DNA of 64,000 bases. Origin: Amoebophrya sp. A120. Lineage: Eukaryota > Protista > Dinoflagellata. Below, piece by piece: positions 1 to 11,731 of this stretch; the stretch's first letter is position 1, and every line of letters begins with the position of its first letter. Under the pieces are notes generated by a model. The model was not told where the DNA came from. It searched no databases and worked only from the letters and a program-made list of their open reading frames with translations. A program made the translations under genes and the position numbers. The stretch covers positions 10,761,465-10,825,464 of the forward strand of contig CAJINV010000002.1 in the NCBI GenBank assembly GCA_905178155.1. The letters are read 5' to 3'.

Positions 1-2704
1 GCTCTCGTGGAACGCTGTGGCCAGCGACGCAATTGATTTCCCGACAGGCTTCTTTCCATGGTCCTTCCATGCCTTTGAGCACGGGCTCATTGTCACAACG
101 AGCGACCTTGGGGACCCCGACCTGTGTCGCAAAGTCCCGAAGGACCTTGCCACATTGCGCTTTGTCTGTAATGCCCCAAGGTTCGAGCCAGTCTGTGGCT
201 GAGTCCCGGAGCGTAATGCAGATTGTGTTCCCATCCATGGAAGCGGGTAATCCTCCGGAGAAGAAATCCGTCTCAACTTGGTCCATCCACTCCTTGTGGA
301 GATAGGTCGCGGGGCGGACCTTTCGATGCTGTTGAGAACCATAGGACTTAGAAACAGCGCAGTCAGGGCAATGAACCTTGATGCCTTGAACTCCTAAATG
401 CCCAAGCCTTTGGTGTAACCGCAAGGCGGAGCAGGAGTTCTGGTTTCCAATCACGTTCGCCAACGCCTCGCCTTCCAAGAGGTAGAAACCCACGCAAGGA
501 AGCTTTTGACGTATTTTGACCGTGTGACGATAGCCCGAAGCGTCCTGGATCCATCGTTCTTCTTTCGCGTGGTAGTACGATCCACCATCCTGCGCCATCG
601 TTTCGACAGAAAGCAGGCAAACCTGCAACGCAGGGTGGTACAACGCAACCCGGGCACCCAAGTTATTGGGCTTAAGAATTCCGATTTTCGCAGGCTCAGA
701 GCATTCGCCGTCAGCTGTTGCGAGACTCACGGTTTCTCCGGTAAAGCTCTCAAACATTGACTCATGCGGGAACATGTGGTGCGTAGCACCACTGTCCGTG
801 ATGACTTTCAAAACTCGAAGTCCATCCTTGGCTTTCGGCTGCTGCACGAAGTGCGCGCGCGCGTGCCTGGAGGAGTTAAGGACGTTCGGAAGACTCGTAT
901 ACGCGGCACAACCGGCGGCATACGAGGGAAGTCGTAGCAACCTCCTGGAATTCAATTTCTTGAAAGAATTCCGGGGGAGTGAGATTCCGAATTTCTTCAA
1001 AATCTTGGGGGGGCAGGGACCGAAAAGATTCCAGATTTGCATCGCAGCTCTCACAAGACACGATGTAAATCGGTAGATTGGACTTCCAATCACGAGGGTG
1101 GGGCAGTTCAAAAACGTAAAACACACAAACACGAAGAACCACAAAACCGACAGAAGCAGAGCGAGCAGAACACTGGCCAAGTAAAAATTGACTGTTTTTA
1201 GGTGCGGAGAACGCACACCGAGCGGAGCACGCTCGCAGTATCCCTGGTTCACACTGTTCTTGTTTTGCTGTGGTTGACGCGTTTCGTAGAACTTTCGAAC
1301 TTGTTCCGCCTTTTCTCCTGCAAGAGTGTAAGGCAACTCGACCGCCTTTCTCGCATAGTTCTCATCGGTGGCCATCCGATGCTCGTGCTCGCGCACAAAC
1401 ATGGGCAGGGTATCCGACAAGCCCCAAGGCGTGTTTTTCTTCTTTCCCACCGTGACGCCGTTGGTGATCCCATTCAGCTCCGGAAGCTGGACGGGGGCGG
1501 TCGCGGTCTTCTTTTCGGCGGTGTGGACGACAACAGCGGCGGCGCTGTTGGTGTTTGCCTTCTTGGTGTTGCTCGCGGTCGTCTGCTCCTGGGATTCCGA
1601 GGAGGAGAGCAGGGAGGCAACAGAAGACAAAGAACCCGACCGGGCGCGCGGGCGCTTGTTGGTGGTTTCGTCCTCGGCGGTGACCTGCAGCGGGAAAACG
1701 CGCGCGCAGTTCGCTCCTGCCTTCTTGTTCTTACCGGTGCCGGGCGGGGTTCCGCTCGCGGTCTTCTTCGCGTCGGCGGCCTTCTTCTTGCGGCACTCGC
1801 TCACGTCGTGGCCCTTGTGCCGGCAAAATTGGCAGCGCTTAGCCTTCTGGGTGTCCTCCGGCTTCTGCGTTTTGCCTTTGCCTTTGTTGGCGATCGCCTT
1901 AACGCTTGCCAACTCCTTCCGCAATTTTTCCTGGCTCTTCTCCAAGGCGACAACCTTGGCGCTGTTGGCCTTGCTGTCTTCGGTCTTGGTTTCGCCGGCA
2001 ACGCGCTGGAACTCGCGGAGGGTGGTGGTGATGCGATCGGCGTCGGTCACCTCGTTGGCCATGAGCGTGGCAACGGTCGGGGCGAAGTTGTCGGGAAGTC
2101 CGGACAAAATGCAGCCGGCTAAGAACTCAGGCAGCAAAATTTTTCCGCCAAGCTTCTCGCGGAAGACAGCGCGCACGCGGTTAGCGTATTCGTCCGCAAA
2201 CTCGCCGGGGTTCATCCGCATGCGGATAAGTTCCACGACAGCAGCGAAGCGGGTGGCCATCTTCTGACTGGCGTACTTATTTTCGAGCGCCCAAACCATG
2301 CGAAGCAGGTGCGTAGGCTGCGGGCCGGTGATCGCGCGCAAAATTTGGTGGGGGTCCGGTCCACAACTTTGCGAAATCATGGCGGCGAGCGGTTTCGCGG
2401 TCCAGCTGTTCCAACTGGGAGCGGTTTCGATTTTCGCCAAGGCGGTCGGGATATCCGTGCCGCTAGCGATATCCTTCCGGTAATCCGCATAAAGTTCGGC
2501 CCAATCCTTCCAGGCTGTACCAGCTCCCGAGGACGGGGCGGAGGAAGAAGAGGAGGCGCCGACGGCGGTGGAGGTCGGGGGCGGGTTGCGCGGGTACCCT
2601 TCCAAGATGCGGAAGAGGTCAAAACTCCAGCGCGCCCAATCTTCCGCCGCCTCCAACTTCGTGGCCATCTTCGGCGGGGGATCCTTCTCGTTGCCGGTGG
2701 CCAT
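1..2704 (-). CDS. Copia gag-pol polyprotein (partial: gag, CCHC knuckle, aspartic protease, integrase core)
   Basis: Manual translation from ATG at 2704 (MATGNEKDPPPK...). No stop seen to the window edge, which explains its absence from the ORF track. Motifs: ILSGLPDNF (copia gag), CQFCRHKGHDVSEC (~1793-1834), ITDSGATHH (~776-802), LYHPAL..LLSV, HQRLGH..CPDC, VETDFF and RCDNE (integrase D,D). Confidence 0.93.
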   Translation of the reverse strand, partial: MATGNEKDPPPKMATKLEAAEDWARWSFDLFRILEGYPRNPPPTSTAVGASSSSSAPSSGAGTAWKDWAELYADYRKDIASGTDIPTALAKIETAPSWNSWTAKPLAAMISQSCGPDPHQILRAITGPQPTHLLRMVWALENKYASQKMATRFAAVVELIRMRMNPGEFADEYANRVRAVFREKLGGKILLPEFLAGCILSGLPDNFAPTVATLMANEVTDADRITTTLREFQRVAGETKTEDSKANSAKVVALEKSQEKLRKELASVKAIANKGKGKTQKPEDTQKAKRCQFCRHKGHDVSECRKKKAADAKKTASGTPPGTGKNKKAGANCARVFPLQVTAEDETTNKRPRARSGSLSSVASLLSSSESQEQTTASNTKKANTNSAAAVVVHTAEKKTATAPVQLPELNGITNGVTVGKKKNTPWGLSDTLPMFVREHEHRMATDENYARKAVELPYTLAGEKAEQVRKFYETRQPQQNKNSVNQGYCERAPLGVRSPHLKTVNFYLASVLLALLLSVLWFFVFVCFTFLNCPTLVIGSPIYRFTSCLVRAAMQIWNLFGPCPPKILKKFGISLPRNSFKKLNSRRLLRLPSYAAGCAAYTSLPNVLNSSRHARAHFVQQPKAKDGLRVLKVITDSGATHHMFPHESMFESFTGETVSLATADGECSEPAKIGILKPNNLGARVALYHPALQVCLLSVETMAQDGGSYYHAKEERWIQDASGYRHTVKIRQKLPCVGFYLLEGEALANVIGNQNSCSALRLHQRLGHLGVQGIKVHCPDCAVSKSYGSQQHRKVRPATYLHKEWMDQVETDFFSGGLPASMDGNTICITLRDSATDWLEPWGITDKAQCGKVLRDFATQVGVPKVARCDNEPVLKGMEGPWKEACREINCVAGHSVPRE

Positions 2705-2839
2705 GTTTGTGGTTCCTAGTTTTTCGAAATTTTTCAAAGTCTAAAACTAGGCGCGTCCAAGTGTAAAACTCAAGGGGATAAACAAAAAAATTATAACTAA
2801 ACCCGGGGGGTTTAGCTCTCTAAGCACAGGGCTCAAGAT

Positions 2840-3336
2840 TGTTAGAACACTAAAACTACCACGTAGGCCGGTAGACAACCTACAAGTTCTAGCATCCACG
2901 TTACTGTTGCATTCGGGGAAAGGAACAAGTTCATCATCATCATCATTTCGTCATCGCTCTGTACCATCGCTCTTCGCTCATGATGTGATTTCAGATCGTG
3001 GATTTCGAGTGGGATTTGCATCGTGTCATGAGATCTACATGGTAATTTGATCTGCATGCCTACATAAACAAAGAAGCAGAGTTAAGCTTGTAAATGACTT
3101 TCAAAGTTTCAGCAGCAAGTAGTACTGATTCAAATCATAAATGCTTACCTGACAATGAAAGTGAAACGATCGAAGTGTGCTAGTAGTTTTCAGTGGTTTC
3201 ATCTTTTATCTTTTATTCAACGACAGGGCTACTTTTAGCAAACACCGACAAGCAAACTTAGAGAAAAAACCTTTTGCCCCCTTTCATACTTTGTCTTACA
3301 GTTCCTCTTAGAGTTTTGAAGTACCCTCTTCTGACA
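2840..3336 (-). repeat. Candidate 5' LTR (~497 bp)
   Basis: Ends TGTTAGAA (2840) and TTCTGACA (3336) form a 7/8 inverted repeat and lie just upstream of gag. The partner LTR is outside the window, so the outer boundary is unverified. Confidence 0.55.
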
Positions 3337-3399
3337 CGACTTGGAAAGGAATAAGCTGTGGACAAAGGCGCAGAACCTGCTCGCATCGCGCCCTAGATA

Positions 3400-5517
3400 C
3401 GAACGGATACTACAACAAACACAAAAATCACAACAACAGCACCACGGGGGGCGTCGCCTGGGGGAAACGGCTGGCGACGCCCCCGACCCGGAACGCAAGC
3501 GCGAGCGCCAACAACGTCCCCGAGGAGTGGTTCCACACGTTACAGCGGCGGGGGGCGGTCGGGGACGTCGGAAGAACTATCCAAAACAAGATGGAAATCC
3601 GAGCTGCCCGGTTTGTGGCGCATTTCTGCCAATTTTCATATGAAGGCCACCCGGCCGGCCTGTGGAGCCCGCTAGGTTTGAGGAGCCCAGCACCCTGGGC
3701 GCGGTTTTGCATGCCCCCACAGCTCGGTCACAGGTTTATCCAAGGAAATTTGCATGCAAAATCCTCGCTCGCACTAGGATGAGATCGCCCCCATTGATTC
3801 AACAAGGATGTGATCGCCCCCATTGATTCCAAAAACCGATGATGATCGGCCCCATTGATTCACTGCGCCGGATACGCACCTGATCAATTAGCGTTTGTTA
3901 GCTGCCGGGCTTCCTGCTGGGCTCTTGATCTTCGGGTCTTCCCGGTGGGCTCTTGCCAGGTGGGCCGTACACAATCTGTGCGTGTGCGGTTTCTCAGCGT
4001 GAAAAGTCGGGCCCGCACACTGGTCGCGCGTTCCGTCGTGAGAGTTAGAGAAATCTTCCGCTCGTGATAGACAAAGGCTAGTGCATTAAAGAACGATTGA
4101 TTGATTGATTCGCGCTTTGATTGATTGTTTTTGTCATGATCCCCTCCTCATTTTTACACTAGGATGCGATCGCCCCCATTGATTCCAACTAGGAGATGAT
4201 CGCCCCCATTGACTCCGAGCGACGGATCAGCCCCTGACAAATTACCCCAGTACTCTTCGGAGTCCGGTCCTCCGGGACATATCGGCTACAACGTGGAAGT
4301 TGATAGGTGAAATGTCGGGCCCCCACACGGATTCGCGCTTTTACATGAGAGAAGATTTTTCGGAGTTTTCGCTCGTGTTCTAGCATAAGGCCGCGCAATG
4401 TAGATTGATTGATTGATTGATTTTGTCACCGTCGTGTTTCGTCCCCCTCTCTGCTTCAGCGTACATCAGGCCAGGGAAGAGTGCGAGACCGGGACGTGGG
4501 GGAGGGACGGCAGAAGCAGTTCCTCCGCGCCACGCTGACTGCTGCCTGCAGGAGATCAGGGACAAAAATTTTCTTTTTGCTAGTGCTAGTTTGACTTTGT
4601 CATGCGGAATTAGAGTCGGTCCTTGCATGCTCGTCGTTGTCCCATGCCTCGCCCAGGAGGCAGGAAGCCTCTTTCTTGCATGCAGGGGACCGCGCGCTCG
4701 GTCTCGGGCAGGCAAAAGAGCATGCGTAAACACATGGGATACACGGTAAGACAGATACTGCAACGACACAAAAACAACAACAACAGCACCACGGGGGGCG
4801 TCGCCCGGGGACAAGGCCGGCGGCGCCCCTGGCCTGGAGTACAAGCAGAAGCGCCGAGGAGTGTTTCCACACGCCCCGGAATACAAGCCTTCCCGAGGAG
4901 TGGTTCCACATGTGACAGCGGCGGAGGGCGGTCGGGGGCGACAGCAAGACTTATCCGAAACAAGATGAAAATCCGAGCTGCCCAAAAATTCGGCGGCTAG
5001 ATTGTTGCCAGTTTCCATACAAAGGCCACCCGGCCGGCCTGTGGTGCATGCTGAGTTTGAGGAGCTCGGCACCCTTGGCACATTTTTTGTATGCCCCCCA
5101 GCTCGGTCACAGGTTTATCCGCGATTTTTGTCATGATCCCCTCCTCATTTTTACACTAGGATGCGATCGCCCCCATTGATTCCAACTAGGAGATGATCGC
5201 CCCCATTGACTCCGAGCGACGGATCAGCCCCTGACAAATTACCCCAGCGCTCTTCGGAGCCCGGTCCTTCGGGACATATCGGCTACAACGTGGTAGTTGA
5301 TAGGTGAAATGTCGGGCCCCCACACGGATTCGCGCTTTTAACATGAGAGACTTCGCAAGATTTCCTTCGTGTTTTAGCATAAGGCCGTGCAATGTAGATT
5401 GATTGATTGATTGATTGGCACGGATTCGCGCTTTTACATGAGAGAAGATTTTTCGGAGTTTTCGCTCGTGTTTTAGCATAAGGCCGTGCAATGTAGATTG
5501 ATTGATTGATTGATTTT
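3400..5517. repeat. Composite interspersed/tandem repeat block
   Basis: ~3400-3741 resembles ~4750-5121. ~4129-4420 is nearly identical to ~5126-5415 and partly repeated again at ~5419-5515. The motif GATCGCCCCCATTGA occurs about 7 times, with (TTGA)n tracts. Confidence 0.85.
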
Positions 5518-6069
5518 CCACCAGATGATCCCGAATTCTAATTCTTATCGTGGCTTTTTGCGTAAACCGCTTTCCCTCGGACGCAACAAGGGGCTTTGTT
5601 TTCGCTAAGTACTTTTTTCGGGTGAAAATTTTGGAAATGCTCTTTTCAATTTCCAAAAAAAAAACACAGCCGCTTTTTGTGAGATTGCAACCCCGAAACT
5701 CCTATGTGAATTTCTACTTGTTGGAAAAAAGAGTTTGCAGTTGTCGTGGCGGAGCCAGCGCAGATGAATAGGCCACGTGGCAAACCGGGTGTTCGGTGAT
5801 GTAGACGTTTGTTCCTCGGTTTCATTTTTCAGTTACACGTTCTAGACAGAAGATCGAAAAAATCTCGTTTTGGCTGTGCTATTTCATCTGTCAGAGATCT
5901 CCTGTGTTTGCGTCTGCCCCATCTTGCTTTATCGTCGGTTACTCCACCACTGCTCCCCTGTCACTCTATCGTTGGTCAACATCACAGTATGCAAATGTGC
6001 TAACCACTACCACACAAGACAAAACTCTGATAAAATTAAAATCAACACAAATACTAGCACATCAACATC

Positions 6070-6626
6070 ATGCTCGCTCTCTCGCGGCAGCTTTACGGTG
6101 GACTTTGCTTGACTTCGATGGTCAAATGCGCAGACAATTGTGGAATTGTCAAGGCGCGAATATCGGCAGTCGGGGTAAAATTTTTTTTGTAAAAGCTGTG
6201 TAGCCGTTTTTATTTTTTCTGAGTCAGGTGCATTTGATTATGATTTTGATATTGATTCTGACCCCGAATTCTTGCTTGCTCAGCGTGCTGTCATTGCGAT
6301 GACAGGGAGCTTTCGACTTGCCTGTATCAGTTTGTGCCTTTCTTTCGACAAAACAGCGGCAGAAAAAGGGGAATGGGGCGATGGGGCAGCGGTGCGCCTG
6401 TCACGTGCGCGACAAGAACGAAGCCTACTGGGGACCGCGCAAGGTCAAGGGGTTGATTGTGCGACGACGCGCACCCTCGATGCGAAAAGATGGATCAGTC
6501 ATTTCTTTTGACGACAATGCAATCGTGATCATCAAGAAGAATAAGTGCCTGGGGACCAAAATAAAAGGTCCCGTAGGCTACGAAACTCGCCACACTTGCA
6601 AGTCTCTCGCGAGATGGATCTTTTGA
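6070..6626 (+). CDS. rpl14: Ribosomal protein uL14, probably mitochondrial (2 exons; intron 6175-6356)
   Basis: Exon 1 MLALSRQLYGG...VKCADNCGIVKARI matches the uL14 ADNSG motif. Exon 2 VKGLIVRRR...RKDGSVISFDDNAIVII...GTKIKGPV. A phase-0 GT-AG intron joins them. The short N-terminal extension resembles a targeting peptide. Confidence 0.9.
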
Positions 6627-8969
6627 ATAATTGCTCAACTACATCTACTTGCAGATCAGTATATGTACAACAGACGGACAAAACTTCATTTTGTCACGAT
6701 CATGACGAAGATTAACGAACACGAAATAAGTGCTTGATTTTGAGAAATTGAACGTTGGACAAATAGTTTGTTCAGCTCGTACCCAGTGTCAATGCAAGCA
6801 ACATGCCGCCGAGGTCTATGCTATTCAGGCGACCTAGATTTTCATTTTCTTTATCGGCTGGTTCGCTGCACAGTATTGGTTTAGCTCCGGTTGATCATGC
6901 ATCCGTATTTAGGATCCACGTCGACGCTATCACCACCTAACTTTTGTTCACAATCGCCTGCTCCTAGGACTGGAAGATGGAAATGCCAATCTAAACTTGG
7001 ATGAACTGCCTAGACTGCCATCTTAGATAGAACGATTCTGACAACAACAGCAGTCAGATACCGGCAGTGACTCGCCTGTTGTGACAACACACCATCAACA
7101 GGAGCGCTTGCATGTGTGCTGTTTCATAGCTGTCAAGTTTTTCATATATGATCCCGCGTCAGTAAATGGACTTCCGAAGCTTGGTCAGATCCTCCTATCC
7201 AGATGAAGATGAAAGCTAAACGCACTAGTCATTTGATTCATGCAGAAAAAATTAATTATCTGTGAAGCGATGAAAGCACTTTTTCATCGCGATCTTGATT
7301 TTTTTCCAGTTTTTCGTGCCTTAAGAGGAACACACACCATTTCTCCATTTGTTCGCACCACAAACAACAAATCCAATGAATCATCATACCTACAGGAGGC
7401 GGGTCGGAAGTACTAGATGTAGAAAACGTAGTTCGTAGTTTTTAGGGATTACCTTTTTAGTTTTAGAAAACTTTCCATTCGCCCAATGGAGGCCGGCAAT
7501 ACGGCTCCTTTTAGAAAAACTTGGTATGGTCACTACCATATTTGCATGTGCTGCTCGACGTGTCTATTTAAACTCCATCGAAATTAAGAACAAAAAATAT
7601 TATTTTTCTGTGCTAGCTCCTGAGGCGGAGAAACAAGGAAGTGCATAGAAATCGGCTGGTAGTACAAAGAGACGAGGCCGTATGTTTGACTTGACGGACG
7701 GAAACGGATCAAACCATATCTACAGCAAATACGATACAACTGCTCGCGTGGGTGCGCGACCGCTAGGATCTGCAGTTCTAGTTTCCATGAAACAAGAAGT
7801 GTTTGATTTTTTTCACATCCAAGAGCATTCTTTCGTGCAGGCTACAGTTTGACCTTGACGCCGCTCTTAAGCCGTCTAGACGACTCTCGAAGTTATATTT
7901 ATTGATTCCCCCATTGGGTAAACATAGAACATTGATTGTTACTGTTTAGTCATTTCAAATATAATTTTTCTTCCCTACTTCTCTTTCGTCCCGGCAGTTT
8001 TCAGAGCCTACGGACGGCATGCTTCTTTCGCTTTGGTGTACGAGTTTGTACGCCACGTTAGGGGGAGCGCTATGATCATGTGTGAAAATATAGCATAAAA
8101 TACTACTACAGGGATATCTACTAGATTTCATTGGGAATCTCTACTGATCGGATTCCAGTCGTCGTCACTTCCGCATCCTGTGACAGACACTAGTTACTAT
8201 AGGTAAGTACGTCCTTACGAGGGAGAGCGCGGCTCGTACATTTTTTATGGGAAGATAGAAGTAACAGTAACTGTTGGTATCCTGCTCCGGTACACAAGAT
8301 TCAGCAAGACTGTTACAGAAGCAGAGCGGTTTCCTAACTAAGACGCACGTATGGACAACTCGACTTTGAGATGAACAAAGTCTAGGACGACTTACAATCG
8401 GAGTACGGCGGTGTGCTAGAATACAAAGTAAAGCTTAGAAAAGAAGCATGTAACGTAGAATACTGACATTTTCCCCCGCATTTTCGTCATGAAAGGCAGA
8501 AAGAAGAAAGAAAACTGACATCCCGGAGGAGGTTTTTTCGAGAAGAAAAGGAGGATCAGGATCACAGCAAACACTTTGGTAGCACTAGCGACCTAGTATG
8601 GGAAAGAGCATCACCATACGCGAGGCCAGCAGAGGTTGAGACAAGAGTTTTTACTCCTCGCAGCAGGCTAGGAATATTTTTAGTGGAGCTGAAGCAGAAT
8701 TTCCGGAGTGAAGACGCAAAGAAGTAGTACAGCAGTCACATTCCGTAAAAATAGAAGTACCAACATCGCGACTCGAGTTACAGTTCACCGACACTACTTC
8801 TACTACACGTCCTCGGGCGACAGGAGCCGGGGGTTTGGACGCAGTCACAGGCACACCCGATCTTCTCTTTTCTTCTCCTCTACTGCGCGACGTTGTCCAG
8901 GGTTTGGATTTCGTCGAGTCGTGGAGGCTGAAAGAGGTACGAGAAGAAGAACAGACGAAAGGCAGTATC

Positions 8970-11731
8970 ATGAGCCTCCTCCCAGGAAGTAGCTCTAGCG
9001 ACAACACTGGCGGTGCACTGCTGCAGCAGCAGCAGTTCGGTGCGCAGCAACAACATCATCAACAGCACTTGAATACTTTTTGGCCAGGTAGTTGCCCGAG
9101 CGGCGGCACAGCAAGTGCCAACGGTCATCTCCACACAGGCTTGCAGCAACCGCCGTCCGCCGTATTGCAGCACCGACAGCCCCCGGCAGGCATTTACGCG
9201 AGGAGTTTTGGAGTAGCTGGACCCCCGGGAGGACCCGGAGTTGCACCGCCAGTGTTTGCCTTTCCACAACAATCGAACGCCCACAACCATCTGCAACCAG
9301 CACACCGACAGCACGACCACGTGCAACCAGGCGGAGGGCGACTGTCGTATTCGACCAACACGTCAGGACAATTTGCCGCTCAGCACCAGCCGCAACAGCA
9401 GCAGCAGCAGCAGACATCACAGGTGCTGCCGCCCCCGCCCTCGAATAGGCTGATGGCGAAGCCGAAGGTTCGGATAACGCGGCCAGGAGCTGGTGGAGAG
9501 CACAACACCGCGTCCACGCACCCGAAGGCTTCGATTGCCGGTGCGGCGAACAGCGACCCCTTGCACAAGCAGGTGATCAAACCAGAGAAGGACAAAAAGC
9601 CGGACAAACCGAAGCCGGTGAAGCCGGACAAGCCCAAACTGGTCAAGCCCGACAAACCCCGCTGTTCCGCGATGAAGACAACCTGTCGCCCGGACAAAAT
9701 TGACATGTGCGGGGGCGCCGGCCGGGGAGCCGCCGCGATGACAGGGCAGCAGCAGGTGGTCTTTCACCACCACCAGCAGTCGGCGGCAAGCAGTGTCAAC
9801 AAAACCTGCGGCGCAGGACCAGCCGCGGCGGAAGACTCCGACGTGGAGATGAACGTGGAGTCTTCGCAGGAAGACGTCGAGATGGCAGACGAGAACGCCA
9901 ACAACGAGGGAAGTGAGCAACAGCTTGTAATGAAGAAAGGAAGAAGTTGCAACAACAAAAGCGCCACTTCCTCATCTGCACCAGGCGGTACTATCAAAAA
10001 CGTCGCTCAACAGCAGCATCCAAGTTTTGCTGTCACAACAAATGATAACTCTACTTTCGGTGGTGCGGGCGCTTTATTCCCGCGAAGCACCAGCACGGTA
10101 TCGACGCACATCGACTCCACGAGGCCGTCAACGAGGGAGAGCTCCGTGCAGTCGGTCGACGGGGCGGCATTGGAAGTGTTGACCACAGGGATGAAAAAGA
10201 GTTCAGCTGCATCGACGAGCAGCAAAGCGGCCACGCAGCAGAGAGGTCGGAGTCCGCCGGCTGCGCAGACGGCGCAGAGCGGTTTTCAACAGCAGCCCCC
10301 TCAGCAGACGGCACAGACAAGCATGAAGGTTGCTCGAGGGAAAGCCAAGGCCAAAGCAAAGGCAGTTGCCTCAACGGGGGGAGGCAGCAGTTCTTCTGCC
10401 TCTTCATCATCCTCAGCAACGACCGCGAAGACGGTCGGAGGACCAGCTGCTGCGGCGCCAGTAGCAAAAAGTACGTTCCAGATACCAGGGGATCCGTTTT
10501 TCGCAGGCGCCAGTGGATCCTTTGCAGTACAGTCCGTACGGAAACCACAACCGCCGGCCGTCACAACGACGCCGCACTCGGGAGGCAAAGGGAAGGGCCG
10601 GCGGCCCGGCGGGAAACCGGCCGTGGCGCAGATCGTTGATCCGGACAGTCACAAAACGGTAGTGGAGCGCGACATCGACGAGATGATGAAGCAAGGTCTG
10701 ATCTTGGACTTCGAGAAGCCGGACATTCTGCCCTACCTCGTCGAACAGCCTCACGCAAATTTGGACCAGTTTGATCGCGACCGACTAGATGCGGCCAAGA
10801 CGAAAGAATACGGTATAGTACCTGAGTAAAATTCTCGAAGAACTTCTGCGATTTCCAATAAATGCTACGAGGTTGGTTGTTTTACCGTGTGCAGGTGAGT
10901 TTTATGTTGCTGATACAATGATGCTTCTGCTGTTGCCTACTGTAAAAAAAAAACTCCAGATCTGGACAACTACACCATGGAGAGAGTGCGAGACAGCATG
11001 AAACGGGGCAGCTACATCAACCGGTACCGATGGCCGAAGATTACCGCCAATGTGGACATTCAGTTCGAGCGGGTCCGGGAAAACGTCCCGAAGGGTAAGC
11101 GCAATCTCCAGCCCGAATACTTTCACACAGTAATTGTCTCTTTCTTGCAAATTCAAGACGAAGAATTTCGCGGAATGGGGCTCGCGCGGCCAATTTTGTT
11201 GCGCGCGATCCGCGCTGCAATGCAGGAAAGCGATCAGGTACTTCATATACTTGATTTTGGACTTTTTATTTCTCTCCCCTTGCTGGGAATTATATACTAG
11301 TATGCACTTACTCAGAGGGGCTGGAGTGTGTGATAACAGGTCACCCAGCACGTTTTTGGACGTTCCTCCATAATATCACGCCAAGAGAATGCTCTGTGGT
11401 CAGATCGAAGTTGCGTTGAAGGCGCTCCGCTTGCGCAGGTTATCCGGCGTGGGATTGACATCTTCCGACTCCATGGGCTCGGGACCGAATGAAACTCTAT
11501 CCAAATAAACTCTTTCAGGCCATCCAGGCGTTGCGGTTTAGAATACGGCCTTCGGACACGAGCGGAAGCGCGACTCTGGCGGCCGAACACGCGCGCCTTG
11601 CTTATCTGTACTGTAAAACGGGCCAGACGCTGGATTACGTGCATCGCGACTCGCAGTTTTCTCGGACTGGGAACCGGGCAATCGAGATCGTGTTGACCAA
11701 GCACCGCTGTGTGCTAGACAAAATCAAGTAG
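8970..11731 (+). CDS. Q/P/S-rich disordered protein with C-terminal GNAT-like acetyltransferase domain (introns 10813-10959, 11238-11518)
   Basis: Both GT-AG introns restore frame. The spliced C-terminus has EEFRGMGLARPILLRAI (GNAT motif A) and ARLAYLYCKTG (motif B-like). Confidence 0.7.

Larger units (their letters stand above)
1..3336 (-). mobile_element. Ty1/copia LTR retrotransposon, 5' portion (continues beyond window start)
   Basis: Minus-strand ORF with gag, then protease, then integrase (copia order), preceded by a TG...CA-bounded candidate LTR. Confidence 0.93.

Noticed and set aside
1202-2719. Plus-strand ORFs of 306, 299 and 136 aa
   Set aside because: Antisense shadows of the copia gag-pol frame.
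3775-3865. CRISPR-like short repeats (GATCGCCCCCATTGATTC x3)
   Set aside because: Spacers are only ~11-15 nt and similar to each other, there are no cas genes, and the context is eukaryotic.
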